Shown here piece after piece: positions 1 through 12,207 of a stretch of DNA of 64,000 bases. The notes beneath the pieces are model-generated. The model was not told the origin of the DNA, ran no database searches, and worked only from the letters and a program-made list of their open reading frames with translations. How positions within the stretch are numbered: position 1 is the first letter of the stretch; each line of letters begins with the position of its first letter. The position numbers were made by a program, and so were the translations under genes. Source of the stretch: Tubiluchus corallicola (lineage: Eukaryota; Animalia; Priapulida); contig JAQGDQ010000091.1 in the NCBI GenBank assembly GCA_030141605.1, forward strand, positions 1-64,000, written 5' to 3'.

Positions 1-292
1 CTATCGCTTGGAAAACTGTGTAACGCTGTCTATAACCTTTGATTTTTCATGCATGCTTGTAAGCTGACTTGATATACGTCCGTCTATTGCCATCAAAATT
101 AATGGTTAAAGAAAAAAAGGTAAACACGATGTAGAAATGTTCATGCACTATTGATTATAATTATTTTCAATAAATAAAATATTTTGAGTCTTTTGCTAAT
201 CTAGATAATACGAACACAGGTACGTTTTTGTATGCTTGCTTGTTTATCTTTGCGTTAATTTTTTTAATCAAAAGAATCAGACGAATAAGTTT

Positions 293-545
293 TGGATTGT
301 TCCGCATTGGTAGAGATCTGCTTCCTAATGAGCGCATATTTACTGAGTTTTATTATAGAAGTCAGTTACATCAATATAACCGATGTGCCATTTTTACTTG
401 TGCCATTTCACTGTGCCATTACCGTACCATTTTTTCCTATGTAATTTTTACCTACTTTTCCATTTGTGCCATTTTTTCCTATGCCATTTTTACCGAGCCA
501 TATTTTCCTGTGCCATTTTTGCCTATGCTATTTTTACTGCACACC
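293..545 (+). repeat. Dispersed repeat: HINE-like 3' end plus tandem TGTGCCATTTTT units
   Basis: It matches the reverse complement of 25050-25255 (GGATTGTTC..CTGCTTCCTA.TGAGCGCAT..GTTTTATTATAGAA.TCA.TT..ATCAA), followed by ~12-14-bp TGTGCCATTTTT repeats. Confidence 0.8.
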
Positions 546-2054
546 CATCCAGATAGTTATAAAGATTATGCAAGCCAATCCCGTAAATGCAGTTGAAGTT
601 TGAAACTACTGGTTTTAAAATTGATTATTAAAAACGAAGTTGAAAGGTATTGTATGTCATTTGTAATTTCATAATATGCTATGTCACATAATTATGCTGC
701 GCTATGTATACAACTGACGTCAAATACATCGGTCTATCGCTCCGTCTCCGCTGCATGCCATTCCGCATTCGGCACAACAGCTCACGCTGGACAACAACTA
801 TCTAAACTAAACTAAGCTAAACAACATGACAGTCACAACTAATGTCTAATCAGCAGATAAACTGATTGCACTTTTTCATAAGCACAAATTTGCAGAGCAG
901 CAGCTATTTTTACACGAAATTAACACTTCAAGTAGCCAAAAATGACTTCAATTTAAACTGAATGTAGAGACGAAGTTTCAAAGCACTACAAAATACAGAG
1001 ACATGAGTATAATAAAAAAGAAACTAAACCAATTAGCCTGCCTTTACAATAAATGAGCAACAAAAACATTGTCTTTCTTGCCTTTAACCATACGAACATA
1101 TCATGACTGTGATGAATTTTTTTCTATATTAACATCATGTGCTCGTCTGTAAGATTTATTCAGTTTTTGTATTTTTCCGTTGGTTAGGCTACGGAAGTAG
1201 AATAAATTTGATTGTTCCATTCCATCAACGACCCTTATATTGAATGCCTGAGTTACATAAGTCCCAATGGTATCTTTTAACCATGACTATAATAAAACAA
1301 AATAGCGTATAATTAACTAATATTACACTGATGTATAATATTGGTTTTGGCCACATTTCAATTAATTTTGACTGTGAAGATCTCATTGAGGTTTATAAAT
1401 ACTGGCCAGAAAAGAAAACATTTTGTTTTGTCCTTAGTGAAAGTTAATCAAATAGTTGTTTTTTATCTAACTTGCAAACCCATAAACTAAACTAAACTGC
1501 ACATTTTCTTGATTGCTAAATGATTTGATCAACAACTCATAGACGTAGGCTTTGTTACTTCTTCCTATAAACGAAACTAGACTATTATATTTCCAGTAAT
1601 TTACTTGCAATTTCAATTAACAATAATAAAATCTAGAACCAAGCCGATATTTCTCCCGCTAACTAATGAATATCAGTATTAGATGGAGCTGTAGCTAAAT
1701 GTCCTGCGTTAATTTAGCTCTGCAGAGGTGCGAAATAACTTGCACGCTGATTGGGCAGTCCACGGAAATGATTGACATTATGTTAGGCGTCAATTGCCAG
1801 ATACTAAACAGTAAACGAGCACAGTAAATCTCAAAGTACAAAGCTCGAAAGTCGTAGTTTGGAGTTAATATAACAGCAAGTTAATTTTTGCGTATGTTTG
1901 TATCAAAACAATATCATGTCAGTGTTGTCTTTACATTGTGTCATAATCATCAGTTGCTGCACTTAGTACTTTTTGAGTTGTTGGCCATGGCGCGTGGTAT
2001 TGTGTTCTACCAAAATTGCTCTACTCATTTACAATGATTAACTGAATTTATATT

Positions 2055-2405
2055 ATGGATCAAGAGCACAGAGCTAACACAAAGCTACTTGTACATGTTG
2101 AGGATGTTCTTTTAAGTTTTGGAAGTTTCAACAGATTTCAGTTATGCGTATTTTTGCTCGCTGGCATGGGTGACTTATTTTCTGCTTGGCATAATTTGGT
2201 GCCTGCATTCTTTAACGCTCCATCTGACGAAGTTAAATGCTGTCTTCCACCTGGAGTGGAACTTACAAATGATAGTATCCCACTGGAAGAAGGCAAGGTA
2301 TAATGTTGGTTTTTAGCAAATTTCCTTGTTGGTTATTATGCATCTATTTCTTACTACAGCAACGTTCTATCATTTGTACATCATTTTTAATTACCATTAA
2401 AAATT

Positions 2406-2487
<82 letters not shown>

Positions 2488-5400
2488 TATTATTATTAAC
2501 TTTATTTTTAATAATTTTTAAAATTCGTGTCTAATTATTAGTCTCTAAGCATCAAAACTGGAAGTGTGAATAAATCATTTGCTTATTGGTCGCATTAAAT
2601 AAATAAATAAATAAATTAGTTTGTTATGGATAGGTGGCTCCTACTGATTGCGTGTAGACTAGTAATATGATAATTTACAACTAATTTAGCACATTAGGAA
2701 ATTCAGCTGGAGAGAGAGCATAGGGCCCGATACAATAAGATTTTGGGTTCTAATACAGATTACAATTTTCAGAGTTCTTTGCTTTAAATTTAAATTAAAA
2801 TATTGTACTACCCATCTGGCGCTTTATACTTGATATTTTTTATTTGTTGTGCACGTAGGATGGTGTGTGGAGATGGTCACAGTGTGAAGTTTATGCCAAT
2901 TATTCTGCAGAACAAAACGGCGAAGGCGCAAAAATTCCATGTCCTATGGGATATAACTACACTGACAATTTCGTACAAACGGTTATCACTGAGGTAGAAG
3001 AATTGAATCTGAATCTATACGGTTTGGCACGCTAAAGCAAAAATCTAGCATTGAACGACAGGCTCTACTCAATGTTAATTGTGAACGTTTGTGGCGAGAC
3101 CGGAATCTGCCTCATTATCAAGGATGTGACTGTAAAGTAAGAAACAGAGCTGACAGAGGTGTTTTAGTCACATTCGGACGTGGATATATCCTTCTTCTGA
3201 TAAGTAAACGGTGAGGATCAGTACGGTTAGTAGAAAAGACCCAGAGAAGAATTAATATACATACATTAGGAAAGCTGCAGGACATTTACAATATTAAGCC
3301 CCAGCTGTTCAATTTTCAAAACTGATTGATTTAAAAAAACAATGTAGTGCCATTCGCTAGCTTTCATAGTAAAATTTGCTATTTTTACATTTTTAGTGGA
3401 ACTTGGTATGCGGGGACCTTTATCTAGCTGATACAGCTTCTTCGTTGTTTATAGTGGGAGCCATTGTAGGCATTCTCCTATGGCCACTTGTTGGAGATAA
3501 CTATGGAAGAAGAGTCACAATACTAGTCTCTTATATAGGAGCTTGTGCTACTGGATCAACTCTTGTAATGGTCACGTCCATCTACGGCCTGATGGTTGTG
3601 CGTTTTCTGCTAGGAATGATCTTGTCGGTAAGTCAGTAGTATTTTAAATGGTCCAGAATTGGAAGCATCCTATTACTCGCCTATTGAGTATTTTCTGCCC
3701 AACTGCTTGGGCACGTCATTTAGAACACCACTTACCGAGACCATATTTTCGTTCTTTTGTAAAAAAATTGAAATCAGAATAACTCTATTGTTACGTCACA
3801 ATATCAATTAAAACTTATTATACGTACAAGAACGATAACGATAACGAAAACAGCACGTGGTGAAACAAACCTTTTATAGAGTTGCTTCGCAAGCGAGTAA
3901 CACAAAAATATAACGAGCTTCTGAAATTTATATTACATGTACTTATAGCTATTTAGCCTTTCGAGTCGTTTTTATGGATTAGAGTTTAACAATTTGAGTA
4001 ATTTGAGGTGTATCAGGTTTTCGACAATGTGAAAAAAGGAAATTGTTTTGGGTTAAAACAAAACATGTGCAATATTTTATGTAAATTAACTGAGAACAAT
4101 TAAAAAATCATGTAGAAGTGCTGCAAGGTGAAGTAAAGTCTAGGAAGAAGGTTCAACTGCATTATTTCAGCGTCAGCGTCACTTATTATACTTTTTCTAG
4201 GGATGCGGGTGTTGCTCTTTCATTCTAGCCATGGAGTGGTTTACCATTAAGCAACGTACATTCTTTGGTCAAGCTTATTGGGTATTTTGGATAGTTGGTT
4301 ATTGTTCTCTGCCTCTGCTAGCATTTTACATCAGAGATTGGAGACACCTGCAAATTGCAATAAGTGTCCCATTTGTTGTATCGTTTGCAATGATACTGTA
4401 AGTTTTTTTAGTGTATTAGTTTCAATTTTAGTGTTGCGTATTGCATTAAGCTCTAATGGAAAAAACACTACAACGTAATGTATTATAGAGAAACATTATA
4501 TTTATTATTTATATGTATTATCTTTATTCGCACATAAACACAAATATATGTACTCAAAAGAATATTAATAATATAGTAATAGTACAATAACACAAAGTAG
4601 CAATTCTCAAAACATAATTTCATAAGATCGTAGTTACAAACATGAAAATCAGTAGCTTTTTTCGGCTTTTATCTAGTGACACAACTTTTGTTTAAAATTT
4701 ATTTATAATTTTAGTTATATTATACGAAAATTTAAACTCTCATTTTTCAAATTTATCTAAAAAAAGACGACTAAAATGCAGTAGCAAAATAAACAACAAA
4801 ACTAAATTTGAGTTACTGAAATTTTATTACTAACCGAGTGCATGGCCTTTTCTGACAGTGATGACCAAATTCTCAATGTGGTGGAAAAGAAAGATCTGTA
4901 TTTCTTGACGCAAAAGATTTATGAATGTAATATCTTAGAGTGCTGCCAGAGTCCGTGCACTGGTATGTGTCAAAAAATCGGCAAGGTTCTGCAAAAGCTT
5001 TGTTAGGAAAAGCAGCTGAGGTAAACGGCGTCGATCTTCCACTATACACGCTGTTGGAAGCTAATATTACTGCCGAGAAACTTGAAGCCAAGAAAACATT
5101 TTGGGACGTTGTTAAACATGGATATTTGCGTCGATATACCATCATAATGTCTTATGTGTTGTAAGTTACTGTTATTATCACAATTATTAGGCCAATGTTG
5201 ATTTTTTAAATGATTGTTAATACCGTATAAGAAAAACTGTACTGGTGCAACTGCAAGTCAGCGGATTCAGTGGCGTTGGTTTCATTTTTTGACATAGATT
5301 GCACGGTGATTTAGAAAATCCGAATGTCATAATTAATTATTTAATTTATTGATTTATTTATATAATTGAAGAATTTGGTGGTTGGTATTTTAATCTAAGC

Positions 5401-7458
5401 AGCAATTGGCAAAGCCTGTTTCGTACAACACCCAGTGAATGGTTTCCAGCACAGTACTTCAGTTCCGAACATCGCTGTCTGCAGACACACTTCAGTTTTT
5501 TTACAAATAGTCCCAGACAATGATTCTTGATTTGTAAAGTTATGATTGTGATCGCCGACATTGCGTTTGCAAACTTTTTGCCAGTGCCGCCAGCACTGAC
5601 ATCTTCATCTTCACTATCGTCATTATTTGCATTACAGTGTTCAACTTTTTCGTTGAAATCAACTAGCCACCGTCGTTACTAAAATGATCACTGTCATCGT
5701 CATCATCATCGACAGTCGTTGTTGTGATCGTGGTCATCCTCCTCCTCCTCATCATCATCATCGTTATCATCATCATCGCCCTCATCACTATCATCGCTCT
5801 CCTTCGTCGTTGCCATCGCCATCACCAAATTATTAAAATTAATTTTAATGAACTGTTGTAACATATTTCTAGATTTTGCAATTCGCTAGTCTATTACGCT
5901 TTATCGCTTGGCGCTACTAACTGGACAGGCAACATGTATCTGAACTTTTTTTATGCGGGAATCATTGAAGTGCCTGCGTATGTATTTGGATATTACACGA
6001 TGAAACGGTAATTATGTCCATATTAATTACTATCAGTCAGTTTTTCATGCAGTTTGTGCGATTAAACACAAAAATTTTGTACAAAAAAGCTCATTTTCAA
6101 GATTAAAAGGGAATTACAGATACAAAAATAACTTGTTTTTGTTACGGCTAAAGCAGGCCTAGCTATTGTGATCTTTTGGTTCTGCTCAGAAAATCGTATA
6201 CCAGTGAGCTTGTTTTTTTTTTGGTTGATAGGTGGGGTCGTCCAAAGCCAATATCGTCATTCAATATAATAGCTGGATTACCGCTGATATTACAAATATT
6301 TATACCCACAGCTACATGTAAGTACTTGGTACTTTACAAACATGCTTGCTAAAACCCACTTTATTTGCTTGTTTCTGCACATGGTTATGGTAACATACAA
6401 GCCTGACTACATAAATCCTGTCTACAATTATGGATATAAATCTGCAGTCTACGTATTACACATAAATCGGCTTATTACATGTAATTTTCACTTTCTTCGT
6501 TGAACTTAAATATCAATTTTAATACCGCTCTTTATTATTTACATTTACCGACAAAAGCAAGTGAAGTGGACGTAAGCTGGATTAAAACTGTAGCGAACGT
6601 AATTGCAAAATTTGGAGTTACTGCATCATACGCATCAATGTGGCTGTTTCTAAATGAAATATATCCAACGATAGTCAGGTAAGCATTCTTTGACGGTAGT
6701 GATTCTTCTTAGGTGGTATTTTCAGACACACAGATGTAAAACCGTTAAAAATTAACGCATCAAATATACATAGTTGACGTGAAAATTAAGTTGAGAACTG
6801 TTAAAGACATACACGTATACAAATGTACTCAGGAATAACAATGTAGGTGTGACAATGAAATGGGTGGATCAGAAATACAGGAATAAAAGCAAAATGGCAG
6901 TGCACATTACCATTACAAATAATATCAATATACGCGACGTTTCGCTGGTACGAATTTCGTGAGACGCCGCGTTTTTTCCCGCGTCTCGAAATCGTCGCAA
7001 TTGCCTTTCAGACTTTCTTCGGAAATGACACCTTTAGACACTATTTTTCTCAATGCAAACCACAAGAAAGTTGCAAATATCAGGAAATCTTAGATCTCGA
7101 ATCGTTTCATTCAATTTTTACGTCAAACTGAAACTTCGCAAAGTAGCCTGTATTTGAACACAGTTGTTCTGATGTTTCATTAATGTTTTTCACTATACAT
7201 TTACTCTTCCTATTATACATGTAATTCTTCTCTTTGTTTTATAGAAATGCGGGATTTGGAATACAGATAATGTCTGCACGACTGGGTGGTATAATAGCAC
7301 CTTACGGAGCCAATACTTTAGCCCTTTTAGCACCAGAGGCAGTGTTCGTTACTTTTGGCATTTTATCTATAATTGCAGGACTAATGTGTCTCTTATTACC
7401 AGACACATTAAACACGCCTTTGTTAGAAACACTTGAGGATCTCAAGCTTTTGGCGTGA
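2055..7458 (+). CDS. SLC22-family organic cation/anion transporter (MFS), 9 coding exons, ~527 aa
   Basis: Exons 2055-2297, 2859-2993, 3397-3627, 4201-4397, 4939-5160, 5873-6007, 6232-6317, 6558-6678, 7245-7458 join in frame (1584 nt) with GT-AG introns. SLC22 hallmarks: EDVL..FGSFNRFQ, Cys-rich luminal loop, TVITE|WNLVC, GDNYGRR, IRDWRHLQ, LPESVHW, EIYPTIVRN.G.G....ARLG, LPDT...PL.ETLED. The exon 8 acceptor (AAG at 6555-6557) is the weakest boundary. Confidence 0.93.
2408..2497. repeat. (ATC)n/(ATT)n microsatellite in SLC22 intron 1
   Basis: Long pure ATC run followed by a short ATT run. Confidence 0.97.
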
Positions 7459-8254
7459 GTTCATTATCAGTAATTATTAGGCCTATAAGAAACGTATGCA
7501 AATTGAAATCTGTTTTAAAAGAACGTGATAATGTACTGATGAACATTTATACTTTTAAGGGATCCCGTATCACGAGTATTTGAGAGCATTAGAAACTACA
7601 TTTGCTGCAAGCCTGCCCAAAATACTAGAAACACGCCAGAAAAAGGAACTACGTGACAAGAGTGAGAAATTATGGTCGGCGTTTACTGGTAGGTGTACTC
7701 CTGTGTGAGTCTTGCAAATAATTGAATTAATCATTAATTCAAAATGCATTGCTGTATTATGATTTAAGAATTAGGCCTTTCAAAGAATTAACGATATAAT
7801 TATTTTTGCTAGATGTATTAATGCGCAACATGGATTCCTGTACAAAGAGAGGAATTTGGTTTAAACAAACCTGGATCCGGAAGTTGACGGCTTGACGTAG
7901 CATCGATATAGCGTATAGGGTACCACTCGTAACTTGATTGGAGATTAGTCAATCAGAATAGTTTATAAATGCAATGCTTCACTACTAACGACAATAAAAA
8001 TGTCTTGTACGTTAAGATGTGCAAGGGCATAACATGCCCAATCAAATATTTGAAAGTCGTGTATAGTCAGTGCACGTAAAGGTTTTAATTACGTTCATTG
8101 GTCACACTGTTGATGATATTAAGTGATAGGCTCAACATTTAATACACACATAAGAAATAATAACGTTAAGCAGTTAGAGTTTCAGTAACCTTCATGACAA
8201 AAAATACTTAAATAAAAGCATCCTGAAACACCAAGATGTCCTGACCATCATAAC

Positions 8255-8325
8255 ACAAGGGTTAAAATAGCTGCTCGCAAACCGGTTGTTGGGTTCGAGT
8301 CGCAGTTGAGTGCAAGGTTTTTTAG
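8255..8325 (+). mobile_element. Possible tRNA-derived SINE head fragment
   Basis: B-box-like GGTTCGAGTC at 8292-8301 followed by a T run. No complete cloverleaf. A similar B-box-like GGTTCAAACC lies at 63711-63720. Confidence 0.25.
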
Positions 8326-9564
8326 TCTTTCGAGCGCTTATTGCACAAAAACAGGCGCACGTTCTTGTAAGACAAAAAGAAACAGTATCGTTCTACTGTA
8401 TTTTAATTATCAGAATTTCGAAAGGATGGTCAAAATTTTGTGTTTATCGTATATACTAGTTTGAATTGTTTCTAACCACCCTTTGAAAATCATCTGATTT
8501 TTAAAATTTTCTTTCATGATGGTGCGATTTCTTCTTTTTGCAACTTGCAACCGATTCTGTTCTCAGTTCACTAATTTAATAAAACGAGTTTAACTGGTTT
8601 AAAAATTGCAATTTTTATTTAAAATACATGGTCATTCAGATAAGATTTTTTTTACAATATGAAGGTTATTGGAATTTATGATAATCAAATTTTTGCAATT
8701 ATAAACGTTAAATAAGGTTATAAATTACATCCATACGATTAGTTCGAAGTGCTTGGCAAACGACATCTGTGCTGTTGTAAAGCAATAAACGATCAAGCTG
8801 AAATGTATAATGTAGTTATATTTTATTTACTGTATCTTGTAGAGCCTGTGCTAGGTTTTTAAATTTCACGTTTTGTTTTATTTGTGTAAAAAGCTAAAAG
8901 CAACAAATTATGTATTTTTGTATTCTGAACCATCAGTATTCTTACTTTCGCAAGTAAAATCTGCTTTAAAATAACATCTACATAACATAACATAACACGA
9001 TTTTTGTGCGAATATTTTTGACAAAAAACACTTGTACACTTGTTAAACAATGCTTATATTGAAACACTTGATTTGTCATGCCCATAGCATTTTATATACT
9101 ATATACTTATATACTTTATTGCAGCTGTTTGTAAAACGGATTCGAACTACGTAAGTATACAATAAAAATCTCTCCACTAACACCATTTTTATCAAGCCAA
9201 TAATACCATGCAGATTAGAATTGAACCACTAAGGTTCTTGGACCCGACAGGTCTTACTTGCCCATTTCTAGTAAAGTTAATGGTTTCCATAAGAAAATCA
9301 TGGGAAGAGCTTACTGTTGTCATGATTCGTTTTTTCGTAAAAATTTAGAATACCCGTAATGCATTGTTTCCTCTGTTTCGGCTGCACAATACTCCATAGT
9401 TATCTTCATGCAAAATTACAGGCTCGTGCAAAGAAAGCTATGGCATTTCATAGCTCTCAAATATGACACCATATTAGCAATTTCAATCCGTCCGTTAATG
9501 AAAAATTGAGAGCTATGCATTTAATCTTGTATTACACCGATGTCACTGATATCCACAAATTCAT

Positions 9565-9580
9565 CCTGTAGATGGCAGCA
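9565..9580 (+). promoter_or_regulatory. CTCF-like motif between the convergent SLC22 and PTP genes
   Basis: CCTGTAGATGGCAGCA closely fits the CTCF consensus CCASYAGRKGGCRSY. Confidence 0.4.
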
Positions 9581-11449
9581 CCACATCGTTTCCTACAGAA
9601 AAAATACCTAATATACGGTTTCCCACTAAATTTGCACAAAATGAACAGTCCACTTCATTTTATTCTGTAAAGTGCATATTTTATTCTCTCATCCTGGCAA
9701 CCACATTATTTAGCATATTATTATTTTCAGTAAATTAAGGAGCAATTCATAACTGTTCATCAAATGTAGCAACTCATTACTGTGTTTATAAACAGAATAT
9801 TTTATTACGTTATGTAAAAGTAAAAATTGTGAAGCTTGATAATGAGTAAGACAATTACAAATGTGGCGAGTAAATGTATATAGAAATATGACAATGACAA
9901 CAAGATAATGATAAAGCTTTAGGGGCCATGCACCTGCACTTCCTGCCGGAATCAAACATGAAAAACCATGGCTTACCTTTCGTGATAATTATATGAAGCA
10001 CGAGCATATGACAACTAAAATTGCGATTGTTACAATTTCTATTCAATGGTTTTTAGAGGGGTGATGGAGACAACTTCAGCTGAACATGTAAGCATTTTAA
10101 AACTTTAGTTAACGATGGACTGTAACAAAAGGCTCCTAATAATAACAGCAAAAATCTTATAACTTTTTCGTTTTATTAATTTTGATTGATACGATTATAT
10201 ATGCTGCATCACAAATATCAGTTACTCATAAATGCACAATTTTACTGACCAAATGGAAACAACCTTCATGAAAAATGTTAAAGTTGACCAACGACATAAT
10301 TATGGCTTGTCTTTTAACAAATTACATGGCGGCCAGAATGAATAACCATGACAGATGTGGGCATTTAGTCAATGTGCTTGGCTATAATAGTTATGTAGCA
10401 TCATGTCTGTCCAATCGATTGACGTGGGTGACTTTATCTCCCGTACTGAATCTGGCTATTTATATCATTGAAAAGACGTAAGACTGCAACAACTACAAAG
10501 AGTACAATTAATGTAAATAACCGAAAACATTTTTATTAATTAAACCCATGATATGTAACTAGAACTTAAAAAAGGTTTAATTAACTTAATCAAACCTAAA
10601 CCCCTTTATAAAGCAGATTGAGAAGGCACACACTTTTCCCACAATGCACTTCATGTGTCATAAGGCTCGGGATGTTTGTCAGTGCTCAAGTCTTTTGGCC
10701 ACAAAAAATATTATGCAACTTATTTATAATAAGGCCATGAAAAAATAAAGGTCAAATGGCAAGACCCTATGTAATCAATAAGCAGCATTTAAACAGTTAT
10801 AATACAAAGTTCTTTAACAAAAAGAAGTCAATCAAGATGCTATATGCTTTCTTGAATGTGCTTAAGCTACAAAACTGTATTTTTCACACAACAATTATTT
10901 TTGATTGTTAATACTGTATTATGCCTTCTCAATCCATTTCATGATGAAGCCCAGTAACTACATCTACCATAATTCTGGAAAACAAGCCTTTGATTTAGGT
11001 TGTACAAATTTAACATATTCTTACACTTATTGCACACTAACAACAATTAATTAATTAATTAATTTTGTGAGATGAACACAAAAAATAACAAGACAAGAAG
11101 TGACGACAAAAAGTTATTAAACTAATAAAACTACAGGCAGGATGCCTAAGAAAAATTGGTCCTACATTATCTCCACTATAAAATTATGCAAATGCAATAA
11201 AATTGGTACATTAATGATATTTAGGCACTGTAATGTTATTACTTCTGCTATAAGTATATCACAGCTACAAAATAAGTTATAAAAATTGCTATAATTACAA
11301 GAAAATAAAACCTATCGTACTGTCTTACTGGACTGACATGTGCGCTTTATAAGAGCACAACAGTTAAAATACAAACAAAAATATTATTCCTACCATATCA
11401 CTAACGTAAATACACTGTCATCAAGACACAAATTCTTATATACATACAG

Positions 11450-11541
11450 AGAAACAGATAACTTTGCATGAGCCATTAATTTGGAAAAATGCCATAGAAA
11501 CAGATAACTTAGCATGAGCCATTAATTTGGAAAAATGCCAT
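11450..11541. repeat. 46-bp tandem duplication in the putative PTP 3' UTR
   Basis: AGAAACAGATAACTT(T/A)GCATGAGCCATTAATTTGGAAAAATGCCAT at 11450-11495 and 11496-11541, one mismatch. Confidence 0.95.
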
Positions 11542-12207
11542 CTATTAATAATATAAATATGACCATTATGTAGCATTAAATATCAAGATTGCACTTTTTA
11601 TATACACATTAACTTCTACCAAAATGGAAATATCATTTCCCAGATCTGAAAATTCAAACTCAAAAACATCATAAGTCAGTAGAGAATCCTCACACGACAA
11701 CATCATTTTTAGCCACAGTTTGCTTTAGCAATGATGATTAATTGTTGTATATTTTCTCACTTAACAACTAATGTTTTGTTTTAGTAACAAAAATTTTATC
11801 TTTCAGAATAAAATGTGTTAATTGTTGCCTATTTGTCTTCTAACCAAATTGCTTATAGATAACATAAAGAAAAAGTGAAGTGATAAGATACAATGCAAAG
11901 CTAATTTAAATAATCTGTGGCTAAAATACTAATTAACACCTGTTCAAGAAGTAACACAATCTCCGAGTTCTTACAGTGTGATATTACGTGCGACACATGA
12001 CAGCTTGTTTAAAAGTTTTTCAATTTTTTGATTTTTAATTTGTAATCTTTTTAATTTTTATTATTAAAATGTAGAGAGAAAAGCATGAGTTTCAAAAAAA
12101 GCCCCCAAAACAAAGTCGAGTATTACGAGCCTTCTTATACTATCAAAAAAATTTACTTAGAAACAGACCATCAAACCAGTGAGAAGCTGTCTGGTGATAA
12201 CTGTTGT

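Noticed and set aside
228-596. 122-aa ORF (and 24953-25186, 35390-35784)
   Set aside because: They run through the dispersed TGTGCCATTTTT repeat, and I see no recognisable domain or supporting exon structure.
8255-8325. tRNA gene
   Set aside because: Only a B-box-like T-loop. No convincing acceptor stem, D-arm or anticodon arm.
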